Of a stretch of DNA of 64,000 nucleotides, positions 12,301-24,369 are shown in pieces. Made by a program: the position numbers and the translations under genes. Position 1 is the stretch's first letter; the number at the start of each line of letters is the position of its first letter. The stretch lies in contig RSEE01000076.1 of assembly GCA_003971905.1 (NCBI GenBank), positions 248,001 to 312,000 of the forward strand, read 5' to 3'. The stretch is from Moniliella sp. 'wahieum' (lineage: Eukaryota). A model generated the notes under the pieces. That model was not told the DNA's origin and made no database searches. It saw nothing but the letters and a program-made list of their open reading frames with translations.

Positions 12301-13775
12301 AGAGCCGGCGGCCCGATAGGCGCTGCGCACAGCGTTTCGTTGTCCCTGCACAAGTTGTGCAAATACTGTTATTTATCAGTGTCCCACTCGGAAGCTATGA
12401 CAGCCGAGTGCCGTGGTGTGGACGTATCCAAGAGAGAAGCAGTATTGGTTGCCGTATGCATTGCATGGCAGCTACTTGGTGCTCCTACTCTGCATTTTCA
12501 CACGGTCTGCATAGATGAGTCACTTACCTAGTCAGTGCCTCCCAGTTTGAAGAGCTTGACGCTTCAGCGCTTCAGCGCTCAGCTTCACTTGAAGCTTGAA
12601 GCTCCGATGCCCGGAGACCCTGAGGCCCTGAGGCCCTGAAGGCTCGAGGGTGTGCCGCTAGCTTGAAGGTGGTCCTTCCTAACAGTCAGATACTTACGAC
12701 GGCCTGGCCGCCTGACAGGCGACTGACCCAGTGACGACCCACGTGAAATGTGCCATGCGACATGCGACAGACGACAGCTTGGTGTGGGGATTGGCTCGTA
12801 CGTACTTGCTTTTGTACATACACAGCAGCACATGAAATGATGAGAACTCAGATTGAGTGTACACTGTGATCTGAGACTGAGTACACTGACCGGTGACCGG
12901 CTGCCTGCACCCAAAGTGTCAACAAAGTACCCACCCACACAGATCCAGCTTCAAGCTTCAAGCTAGCTTCAAGCTTCAAGGACCTATACACGTGACGTAC
13001 CACACATCGCATATGAATATGACGCGTGAGCGTGACTGGTGACTAGTTACTAGTTACTGCCTCGGAACTCAATGTACTACTCAAGCGCTCACGCTCACAT
13101 ACTCAGTACTCAACGTACGTTCAACGGTCACAACGTACTCAACGTACTCAACATCCATGCCGTCTTCTGAGAGACCCCACCGTGGGAAAGCGGTGGCGGG
13201 TTGGCTGAGGCTGGCTGCGTCGGCCCTGTGCGTAAATGGGCTGTCTTCGCGCGAAGGACGGAGCGTTCGGGTGGCAAAAATTGTCTGGCTGCTCGGTTTC
13301 AGCACGGTACGTACCCCGGATGAGCGCGCTGAGCGCAGCGTGCATGATACATGATGCATGACGCGTGACGCATGTTGCACCAGTGCAGAAGTACATGAGT
13401 ACGAGCACTGGGTCTACTGGAAGTACTGCGTTAGGGCTGAGCCTCAGCGCACAGAGCGAGAGCGTTTTCTCCAGGCTTACAATGGCCTTGTGAGCTCAAG
13501 CTCTGGGCTCAGCCAGCGTTCGCTTAGCGCTTACATGCATTACAGTCGCTCAGCTCTGCGAGCCAGGAAAGCCCAGTTCTTGGCAGTCTTCAAAACACGT
13601 TTCAAGCTTCTCTCGGATCTACGGTCTCTCCCACTTCAAAGCTTCAAACGCTTCCAAGCGCACGGCCCCAGAACTTCATCTCGAAACGTGTGTGAGATAC
13701 TAGGTACTATAGGTTCTTGCTATACCCTTCCCCCGCCCCCCGACGCACAGGACAGGAAGGATTACAATGGGAATC

Positions 13776-13973
13776 TGTCAGACTCACGCCGTGCTAGGGG
13801 GCCCTTGGCCCACTAGGCCCGTATGGGCACTATGGCGTGATTCTTATCAGTTGGGAGATCCTGTGTCCACCTCTCGACTGTGCCCCCTTCCTGAGGAGGT
13901 ACATATACCTCCTGTGCGTCCATAGATGTATGCAATCCATCTGCATCCTTTCCTCCATCTCCATCTCCTGACA
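13776..13973 (+). repeat. 5' LTR (198 bp)
   Basis: TG...CA ends with inverted termini TGTCAG/CTGACA; matches 16304-16500 except for one C in a homopolymer. Confidence 0.95.
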
Positions 13974-14061
13974 GGTTAGATCCCACTCAGCCTTCCAGGC
14001 TCGCGAGCCCCCGGCGGACATCTCTCCTCCACGGCCTCGGCCGCCCTCCTCCCCGCCCCCG

Positions 14062-16138
14062 ATGTCCGCCCGTCTCCACGGCACACTGCCGCCGTGCGCT
14101 GACTTCTACCAGGACGCCTTGCAGTCGGCGTCAGGCCCCTCACCCCCCTCCCCGTGGCCGCTGTCCCCCACGCGGACCCCCTCCCGCCACGCGCGTGAGA
14201 CGGCCCCTTCCGTTCCGGAATCCCCTACCCCTGGCCTGGCCGTGACCGACGCTCGCGCCCTCATCACCGCCACTATTCAGGCCCTCCTCCCCTACCTCTA
14301 CTTCCCCCCACCCCACCCCTGCTGCCCGCCGCTCCGCCATCCCCCCCTGCCCCACCACGGAGGCAAGCCCCGCGGACGCCGCCTTCTCCGGCAGCAGTAC
14401 CACCTCATTCCTCCCGGACGTCATTGCCCCCAATACTGCCGCCGCCAATGCTGTTCCCCTCTCCCGGTCCAAGCACGCCGCCGCTGTTGGCCTCGCCCCA
14501 CGTCCTCCTCCTTACGGTCCGCCTCTTACTGCCCCTCTCAAAGGGCATGTCCCGCGGACGCTGCCAGCTCCGGCAGCCTCTCTTCCCCCCCATTTTCCCC
14601 CCAAATCGCGCCTCGGGATCTCGTTTCCCCTACTGCTGCCCTCTGGAGTCGGGGGTAAGCCATGCCGTTCATCTCGGCCACCTCGCGCGTTCCCCAAGTA
14701 AGCCACTGACGCCTTCGGTAGGCACCTCGGTGCCACTCCTCCCCCCTATTACCAAGGCGCAAAATTGCTTCGCCCCTTTGCCCCGCAAGCCCGCTGACCC
14801 GCTCGGTCGCTCCCCTGCTGTTCGGGATGCCATTGTTGCACGCGTCAAGTTATGGCATGAACGTGCCATGCATCTTCCCGTTCCAAGCTTCCGGGGCTCA
14901 CCGCGGCCCTCTCACCCGCTGAGCGAGTTACGCACGATGACGTGCTCGCCGTGAAGGCCGCTGGCTGGCACTGCCCGACGTGTGACTTAGTTCCCTCTGA
15001 ACCTATGCCACCCTTGCTCAAGCCGGGCCTGCACAAGCCATTTCCCTTGCACACGTGCTGCTGACGTGTTCGACGTTCGGCACCTCTCCCAGCGCAACGT
15101 GTGCTCTCATCGTCCAAGACCATGACTCGCGTTTCATCTGGTCTATCCCCTCAAGTCCAAGACAGACGCCGCTGATGCACTGCAAGCCCACATTGAGTCT
15201 CTCGAGCAGCGATTCTCTCATCGCCACCTCAAGGTGGCCCATGTGTGGACTACGAGCAGGACGAGTTTGATCCTATATCCCCCTGGCTCCGCTCTGTGGG
15301 CATTCGGCACTGCCGGGCGACCGACGATGACCCTGCCGGCGTATCAACCGCGTGCACCTATGCTGAACAGCCTTGTTCAAGCTGCATTGCATTCCCTCCG
15401 CTGGACCAACCTGCTGGCCTGCAGCCCTGCTCAGGCCGCCACGGTCATCAACGCCTTGCCGCACCCGTCCTGCTCCAATGCCACCCCGCATCAGCGTATG
15501 TATGGCCGTTCTTTCGATGTTCCAGCCTGCATCCCTTCGGCTGCCAGGCTCATGCCGAGGACATGAGCCCAGCTGACATCCTTCCATCTTGGCTTCAATT
15601 CGACGACGCGTCGGTGGCTTCTTCGCGTCTGCCGCAACGGTAAATGGACAACTACCGAGTCAAACAATGTCCGTTTCCAGAAAACGACTATAGCAACGTC
15701 CCTCCTGCCGTGGTCGCTTCCTCTCCCGCGCCTCCTCTTGCCCCATTCATCGCAGAGGACTTGCTCAAGTGGGAAACTCAAAGCCTAGCGCCCGTCGCCT
15801 CCCTCGGCGGCGCTACCTCCTCATCCACCATCGATGCCGACATGCACATTCCTCTTGCCCCCTGCGGGACGCCGCTACCGCTTGAGGAAAATGAGAGGGC
15901 CGCGCTTGGCTACGCCTCAAGCGTCACCAAGTGCAACTCTGAGCATATAGGCCAAGACACACACTTTCCCATCGCCTTGCATGCTCTCTTTGTCTTCTTA
16001 TTTGGCTGTGTCGCATCATTGTCGCTAAGTCGTTCCGCATCGCCCTCGCTTGCGACGTCTGCTCTTCATCGGACCCACATCCGGTACAAGAGAACGCCGC
16101 GTATGCTTCCTCTCAGGTCCAGCCCTTCACCGATCTGA
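14062..16138 (+). pseudogene. Fragmented retroelement ORF: Pro-rich N-terminus, GAG-pre-integrase-like motif and rve integrase-like region; no RT/RNase H recognised
   Basis: LWHERAMH followed by CPTC (HHCC-like); ALIVQDHDSRFIWSIP/LKSKTDA; DYEQDEF...WLRSVGIRH; ATVINALP...ATPHQRMYGRSFDV/SLHPFGCQAH. These resemble Copia integrase core and C-terminal motifs and are spread over several frames. Confidence 0.7.
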
Positions 16139-16303
16139 CCTGCGCATTGTTCTTTCCCTTTCCTTTCCCTTTTCTCACCCTGATCTCTGTTCCTTTGGTT
16201 CGTGGGAGGTGACTTGTCCACTTCGTTACCATCGACTTCGTCTCTGTCCACGAGTTGGCCATCGTTGAAGGAGACCCAAAGGTGTTCACAGGATCGGTGG
16301 GAG

Positions 16304-16500
16304 TGTCAGACTCACGCCGTGCTAGGGGGCCCTTGGCCACTAGGCCCGTATGGGCACTATGGCGTGATTCTTATCAGTTGGGAGATCCTGTGTCCACCTC
16401 TCGACTGTGCCCCCTTCCTGAGGAGGTACATATACCTCCTGTGCGTCCATAGATGTATGCAATCCATCTGCATCCTTTCCTCCATCTCCATCTCCTGACA
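16304..16500 (+). repeat. 3' LTR (197 bp)
   Basis: Direct repeat of 13776-13973, followed by TSD GAATC. Confidence 0.95.
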
Positions 16501-18206
16501 GAATCGATTCCATGTGGCTTTGACTGTTTGCCGAAGGCGTGATACCCTCTCTATATACTATCACGGACATGCTGCATGAGGTGCATGATGCATGAGGGGA
16601 AAGAAGCAGCAGTGTAGGGTCACCCGGTCACGGTCAAAAAAAGAACATATCATCCGGGAAAATTGGTGTCATCTTTTTAGAAGCCGTAGGTAGGCGTTAG
16701 GCCTTATACGCGCTAAAACATCCCGCACGTCGGCCGCGGACAACACCCAGAAGCCAAGAGCCAACAAATCAGTAGTAGTGGCAAATGGAGTGGCTGATAG
16801 TAGCAATAAGCTATTGCCACTCTCGTAGGGTACTGAGGGAACCGTGCATGCATTTGTGATAGGTCCGTGCCATCCGAGGATGCCGCATGGGATGGTGGCC
16901 GGGGGCCGGTGGAGAAAACGCCAGACAGTTACAAGGGTGCTCGGTTGTCAGGCACAGGTATTAATTGGCTATTCTGTTACAAGGTCTAGCTTCAAGCTTC
17001 AAGCTTGTTATATGTACTCAGTACTCAACGACCAGAGTATGTAGACGAATGAATACCACTAAGTACTGAGTATCAGAAACAGTCAGGAGTGGGCCTGGTG
17101 TTGCCCAGAGCAACCTGTTTACCATTTGAGGCGACGGGTAACGGATAAGGCCCCAGGCAAGCACCATGTATTAGACTGGGCGATCTGTTTGGGTTGGCTG
17201 GGCTCGTGGCTTGGCGAGCGCTGACGCGCTGACGTGTTGACGCACTGATGACTAGTAGTGCCGCGTGAAGCTGGAAGCGAGTGGCGAGTGTTACTATTCA
17301 ACACTGAGTACTGAGTCTGAGTGCGTCGGATGTGAGATGTGAGGCATCTACAACGGGTGGAAGGGGGTGGCCGATGGGCAGGAATGGGCGCGAGGCGCGC
17401 AGCGCGTGGTAGAGCAATGTGCGCGGCGCGGAGAAGCGGGCGCTGCAAGCGTGATTTGGGTTGAAATGTGAAAGTTGCAGTTGGAGGCGCCAGGAACTGC
17501 TGGGCGGAATGGGGGTGGTGCATATTGCATGGTGCATGGTGGCCGGTGGCGGGCGATAGGAAAACGAGATGTGCTGATTAAGATTAAGCTCCGCTTGTTT
17601 CCGGCAGAGCTGTGCTGTGGCAGGCGGGGGGCAGCACGCTGCCGCACGCCGTCGCAGCGCCTTTGCACTTTGGGCTCTGGGCTTTGGCCCGCCAAACGAT
17701 TGCGCACAGCAAAGCTGTCTGGTGCCGTGTCCAGCATACGCTTCCCAGGGGGCGGCGTTCCTCGCTGCCCGCACAGGCGCAGTGTCAGCCCTCCCGCGTC
17801 GCAGTGCGTCCGCGCGCGCTGGACTGGCGCATCCGATCCGATTGATAACACGCTCCAGGCCGCACAATCACCCGTCCCTCCTCGGCCCCACCCCACCCTC
17901 GCCGTCTTTCGCCGTCCGGAGCTGCCGTAGCGCGTGACGCGTGACGCGTGACGCGTGACGAAGGACGACGGCGATGGGCTGCGGAGTTGCCGGTTACCAG
18001 GGACGAGTTGCCTTCTCTTTCCCACGCTTCCCTCCTCTCCCCCCTTTTTCTTCCCCTCCCACCACCTTCCTCGTCCCCACCCACCACCTTCCCCCCCTCC
18101 CTCTCCTGCCCCCCCGTTGCACGTGGGTGCTGTGGATGCTCCTGCGCTGCCTGAGCCTGCGTCACCCCATCCCGCGCCCCGAACACGCTTCCACCCGCTC
18201 TCCACC

Positions 18207-21200
18207 ATGCCTCCAGTTTACCACGTTGGTCCGCATGTCAGCGGGGCGCCTTCTCCCGGCCCGGCTCCACCCGTGCCCAAGGGCCCCCTCGAGGACCTGT
18301 CGCCCAGCTGGGTTATGCGCACTGCCCTCTCTCTCACTCCGATGGCTCCCCTGCCCCGTTTGCCCAGTTTGTTCCGCCGCTGGAGCACCCTGAGCTCGAC
18401 GACCGGCAATACCGTCTTGTCCGTCTCGTCAACGGCCTCGAAGCGCTTCTGATCCATGACCCCGTGACGGATAAAGCTGCTGCCTCTCTCAGTGTTCATG
18501 GGTCATTTGAGCGATCTGCTGAACTTCCAGGACTGGCGCACTTTTGTGAGCACCTTTCTTCCTTGGGACCAAAAAGTACCCCCACGAGAGCGAGTACAAC
18601 GAGTTCCTCTCCACCCACGCTGGCTCAAGCAACGCATACACTTCCATGAACGAGACGGTATACTTTTTTGACGTCAGCCAAGCTCATCTCGATGGCGCTC
18701 TCGATCGCTTTGCTCAATTCTTCATCGCCCCACTCTTTGACGAGAGCTGCACCGAGCGGGAAATTCGTGCGGTCGACAGCGAGAAAAAAAATCTCCAGGT
18801 ACGTTGCCCGCTCTCCTTACTTTTCTCCCATGTTCTCTTCCTCTTCCTCTTCCTCCTCCCCCCCTCTTTTCTTTTCGTCATCCTCACTAACCTCCCTCCC
18901 TTCGACTCTTCCAAGGCCGACCATATGCGAGCGTTTCAGCTGCGCAAGAGCCTGTCCAACCCGCACCCTTACCACAAATTCGGCACGGGCAATCTCGAGA
19001 CACTCTGGACGGCCCGCGCCAGCGTGGAATCAACGTTCGCGATGAGCTGCTCCGCTTCCACGAGCGCTACTACAGCGCCAATGTGATGAAGTTGGCCGTG
19101 ATTGGGCGCGAATCGTTGGATCAGCTGGCGGAGATGGTTGTGTCGAAATTTGCTACCGTGCCCAACAAAAATGTTCTGCCGCCCAAATTTGAGGCGGACA
19201 CGCTCCTTCCCAGTGCTTTGGGCACTAAGTCTACTTTAAGCCGGTCAAGGATCTTCGTACGATCCAGATTACCATCCCCATTGATGATCTCCAGCGCCAC
19301 TGGCGCAGCAAACCCGGGCGCTGCTTGGCCACTTTATTGGGCATGAGGGTTCAGGCTCGGTTCTGTCCTACCTTATGCGCATGGGGTGGTGCAACTACCT
19401 TTCGGCAGGTGCGCAAGAAGGGGCGAGCGGATTCGAGTTTTACCGGATCACGATGGACCTGACCCAAGAGGGATTGGCCCATTACAAGGACGTGGTCGCG
19501 GCAGTGTTTGACTACATTGATCTTCTGCGGGTGTCGATCGAGGAGAACGATGGGTGGCTGCCTCGATGGGCGTTTGAGGAGCAAAAGCAACTGTCTGACA
19601 TTCATTTCCAATTTCAGTCCAAGCGCCGTGCATCGGGGACGGTGTGCCAGTGCTCGAGTTTCCTCCAACAGGGCTATCCGCCGGAATGGACCTTGTCCGG
19701 GAGCAAGATCCGAGAATTTGATATGCCGGCCATCAAAGGCCTGTTGGACCTACTCCGTCTTGAGCGAGCTCGCATCTTCCTTTCGGCCCAAACGTTGCCG
19801 GCGGCCTTGACCAAGGTGCGGAGGCGGTGCCCACTCCCGACCAAAGGAGCCGTGGTATGGCACGGAATATCTTTGGCCCTCTTCCTGCTTCTCTCTTTGA
19901 TCCGACCGACCTCGGACAGCTGGTCTGGCTCTGCCAGGTCCCAATCCATTTGTTCCTCAGGACCTTAGCGTGCGCCGGCCTATGATTCGGGGTGCGCCGC
20001 GCATGTCCCCACACAAGGCCACGAAGCCGATGCTGCTCACCAACACCCAACGCACGCGTCTGTGGTTCCAACGGACGAGCGATTTGGTCAACCCAAGGGC
20101 GACGTCTTTATCCAACTCAAGTTCCGCTCCCACACGGCCGATGCGCGCGAAGCCGTTCTGTCCTGCCTCCTGACCACCGTTTTGCTCGATGACCTTACCG
20201 AGTACTCGTACGATGCCGAACTGGCCGGGCTCAACTACACTGTGTTCCCCTCCAATGGTTCCCTCCGCATCACAGTAAGTGGGTACAACGACAAGCAGGC
20301 GATTCTGCTCCGCACTGTGCTCCAGCGCCTTAAGACGTTCACTCCCAACCCCGAACGACTGGCGGCCGTGTCGGATCGTCTGCGTCGGGGCTGGGCCGAC
20401 TTTGCGTTGTCGGCGCCGTACCAACAAGTGTCTTATTACCCGCGCTGGTTCTGCCATGACCACAATTGGCTGCGTCCTGAGCTGCTGGCCGAGCTGGTCA
20501 CCGTGTCGGGGGACGAGGTGGTTCGGTTCCGGGACGAGGCTCTGTCGCATCTTCACACGGAACTCTATGTCCACGGGAACTTTGAGGCGCACGATGCGTT
20601 GGCGCTGCGCAACTTGGTGGAAGAGACACTCTCTTTCGACCCGATTGACGAGAAGGAGCGGTGTGTGGGACCCTACAGTCTCCTTCTCCCGCCACAGAGT
20701 GACACCATCCTCCACCTCACTCCTTCTGACCCAGCGGAAGTCAACTCGGCCATGGTGCGCTATGCTCAAATTCGCGGAGCCACGCTGGACGATCTATCTA
20801 CCAGTGCGGCGCTGGGATTGCTGGTGAGCATTGCTCGGCAACCTGCATTTGACGAGCTGCGCACGACCCCAGCTGGGGTACATTGTCTTTGTCCAATCCG
20901 TCTTCCATGACAACTCGATGGGTTTGTCCATGACGATTCAGTCGGAATACGATGCCAGCTCGCTCCTCCGTTGCGCCGAGGACTTTCTCCGGACCAAGCT
21001 GGCGCCCCTGCTGCAAAACATGACGCCCGACACGTACGCCGCCCGGCGGGCGGCGTATGCAGCTACCATGCAGGAGTCCAAGAGTATGTCGGAAGAGTCC
21101 GGGCGGATGTGGCAAGCGATCGCGGGCAACACGTATGACTTTGCCCACACCCATCGCATGGCCGAGATGGTACGCTCGACTCCGCTCAGCACGGTCCAGC

Positions 21201-21457
21201 ACCTGTTCAACACCTACATCACCACCACAGCCCGCAACGTTCCACGCTCGTTGTCCAGATGGAGTCGGGCCACGCTACCCCCCTCCCTTTCCTGTCCCAC
21301 CTTGGCCCCGGACAGCGCCCAGATCCGCACCTTCACCGCCACATCGCTCCAGGAGGCCGTTGAGCTGCACAAGCAGCTCTCCCCTTCCAAGCCCTTGCTT
21401 CCCATCCGCTCGTGGCAAGAGTTTGATTCGCAAGCGGAAGCGTTGGCCAATCTCTGA
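18207..21457 (+). CDS. STE23: Insulysin / Ste23-like M16A metalloprotease (intron 18799-18915; multiple apparent frameshifts)
   Basis: [30 protein letters not shown] (HxxEH zinc motif); [76 protein letters not shown]. Confidence 0.93.
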
Positions 21458-23288
21458 GATCCAAAACCCCATCTACCCCCCCCCCCCCCCCCATCACTAT
21501 GCCTTTTTGGTTTTTGCTGCAAATGTCTTCTGGCGCTCTCTCCAGTGTCTCTGTGTCTCTATCTTTTTGTCTCTCTATGTCTCGCTCTCTCTCCACTTGT
21601 CGAACTCCTTCATCGGCCTCATTCCCATTCCCATTCCCATTCCACCCGGCACGGTGCTTCAAGCATTTCGTTTGTGCACCACATGCTCTTTCTTCCGCTC
21701 CTGGTCGCACCTGCATTCCATTCCGTCCCTCTGTGGTTCCCTGTCCATCCCTGCGCTTAGGTATCATCACTGTCTCTTCCACTGGGCGAGCTCGATCAAG
21801 ATCAAGATCAAGATCTTGCCCTTGATCTTGATTTGACGGACACTTATTCAAGTCCGAAGCTTGATCCGATCCCCCTCCCCTTCCCCAATTGCTTGGACTC
21901 GTCATCTACCGCTCCTGTCCTGCCGCCTGCGTTGCGTGCAAAACCATCTCTGATTCATCCGCTCGTGCTGTCGCGTGGAGGGGCAGCACCCGTCCACAGT
22001 CGAGTAGAGACAGGCGTGAGGCGTGGGCTCCGGACCGCGCCACGTGCAAGTATACTAAGCTTAACAAGTGGCCAGGCGTGCCCACCTCTTACCCCTATCA
22101 GACTGACCTAATCAGATGGTCCAGGCCCTGTCTAGGCGCACTTGCCCAAGCTCGAAAGGGGATCACGTGATGGGCACCGAAGTGGACGTGCGTGGAAAAG
22201 CAGAGAGGAAAGAGCAACGAGCCACCTCGCGGGCGTTTCCGCTGCGGAACTGGACTGGGTCGGGGCCCCACCCGCCCCACAACTGGGCGGAGCTACCAGG
22301 CTGTGCACAACCCTCGGTCGCCCCGCAGCGTCTTCACCGTGTTGAAGGGATTTGTGGTAGTGCGAGCCTCTGTATGGCTATGCGATATAGAGATACATCG
22401 TCACCTCTGGGCCCCACTGGAGGACCCGTCGCCGACAACGTGGTCCGGTTGCGGTTGGCGCAGGACACGGTGCGCCATGCATGCCGTGAGGATAGTCCAA
22501 CAGGTACAAGTTTCCGAGAGGATAGAGTAAGACGCTTCCTGCCCTGAACAGATATGGAGAGGTGGGGAAGGAAGCGGCCAGCCAAGGAGGGAGACCAAGG
22601 AGGGAGACCAGGAGGGGGAAGATAATGCCTACCCGAAAGGACACGGCTGGGCGGCGTCCCCGATGGAACCGAGTACTGCCGGACAACAAAAGCGCCCACG
22701 GATGGGGAGCGAGGGCCGAGGACGGAAGAGGCTGCTCCTGATGCGGTTGGTGGAGGCTGAGATGGGATGGGTGTGACGAGCAAAAGCAGGTCCTGTTGGG
22801 CTTGGGAAACGCCGTCGGGAGAGGCGAGGCTGGCATTTGGTCGGCGCAGCGTGGATATACAGAGGGCCAGCAGACAGCTGGGTGAGAGTGCTGCCAGCAT
22901 GTCTGCTGCGCCCCGCAGCGCCAGCCAGCGCCCGCACCACGCTGGCGCGGCGCTGCTGGCTGGCCCCGTGCCTCTGCGCCCGCCCTGGCCCTGAGGCAGG
23001 CTGCTTACCTAAGAAGCTGCGGCCACCGCACCAGGGCCCACCGGCGCAGTGTGGTGAATCCCTCGGGCAGAAGTAGATAGAACCCACGCACGGCGCCAGT
23101 GTGCGTGCGCGCACGCCCCTGCCGCATCCGGGCGCTGCGTCCGCTCCCGCACAGGGGCAGTGCCTGCCCTTCCCGCCGCTTCACACCCCGCCGGCGCGCC
23201 TGCTCCCCGTCGGCCGCCCGCCCACACCCACACCACCACCTGTCCCGCCTCCCGCTGCCCGCTTCCGCCCCGCCCGCCCCTCGTCTCT

Positions 23289-23568
23289 GTGAGCACATCC
23301 CCCTGCTGCCTGCTGTCCTCCTGCCGCCACCCTGCCTCCGTCCTCGCACCCGCCACCCACCTCCGCATGTACCGCTTGCGCACGGGCCAGCGCCAACCCC
23401 CCTCCCCCCGACCTCCCCTCTCCTGCACACACACGGCACGGAGGCGGGAGGCCAGGGAGCCAGGGAGCTAGGCCACGAGGCGGTGTGTCTGGCGGGACTC
23501 ACCCAATGGCACCCGTGCTGGAGTCTGGCTCTTTGACTAATCCACCCTTTCTTTCTCTGCTCCTTCAG
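23289..23568 (+). other. Probable 5'-UTR intron of the 14-3-3 gene
   Basis: GTGAGC donor at about 23289; GACTAAT branch site, pyrimidine tract and CAG acceptor ending 10 nt before the ATG. Confidence 0.55.
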
Positions 23569-23578
23569 TTGAAACACC

Positions 23579-24369
23579 ATGTCTGCGCCCCGTGAAGACG
23601 CTGTGTACCTTGCCAAGCTCGCTGAGCAGGCCGAGCGGTACGAGGAGATGGTCGAGCAGATGAAGACCGTTGCCTCGACCGACCAGGAGCTGACCATCGA
23701 GGAGCGCAACTTGCTCTCTGTCGCTTACAAGAACGTTATTGGCGCCCGCCGTGCCTCGTGGCGCATTGCCTCGTCGATTGAGCAGAAGGAGGAGAGCAAG
23801 GGCAACGAGCACCACGTTGCCATGATCAAGACGTACCGCGAGAAGATTGAGGCGGAGCTGGCCAAGATCTGCGAGGACATTCTTGCTGTCCTTGACAAGC
23901 ACCTTATTCCCTCGGCGCAGTCGGGCGAGAGCAAGGTATTCTACCACAAGATGAAGGGCGACTACTACCGTTACCTTGCCGAGTTTGCCTCGGCGAGCGG
24001 AGGAAGGAGGCGGCGGACAAGTCGTTGGAGGCGTACCAGGCCGCTTCGGACGTTGCCGTCAAGGACCTCCCGCCCACCCACCCCATCCGTCTCGGCTTGG
24101 CACTCAACTTCTCTGTGTTCTACTATGAGATTTTGAACTCGCCTGACCGTGCGTGCCACCTGGCCAAGCAGGCGTTTGACGATGCGATTGCGGAGCTGGA
24201 CACGCTGTCGGAGGAGTCTTACAAGGACTCGACCCTGATCATGCAGTTGCTCCGCGACAACCTCACGCTCTGGACGTCGGACATGCAGGAGCACGAGCAG
24301 GCGCAGCCCCCGGCTCCCGAGGCCGAGGTTCCGCCTGAGGCGGCGCCAGAGGCCAAGCCCGAGGCGTAA
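23579..24369 (+). CDS. BMH1: 14-3-3 protein (BMH1/BMH2/Rad24 family; one apparent missing G near 23993)
   Basis: [92 protein letters not shown]. Confidence 0.98.

Larger units (their letters stand above)
13776..16500 (+). mobile_element. Small (2725 bp) Ty1/Copia-derived LTR retroelement, probably non-autonomous
   Basis: Two near-identical LTRs (TGTCAG...CTGACA); 5-bp TSD GAATC at 13771-13775 and 16501-16505; PBS-like GGTTAGATCCC directly after the 5' LTR; purine-rich GGTGGGAG before the 3' LTR; Copia-type integrase fragments inside. Confidence 0.93.
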
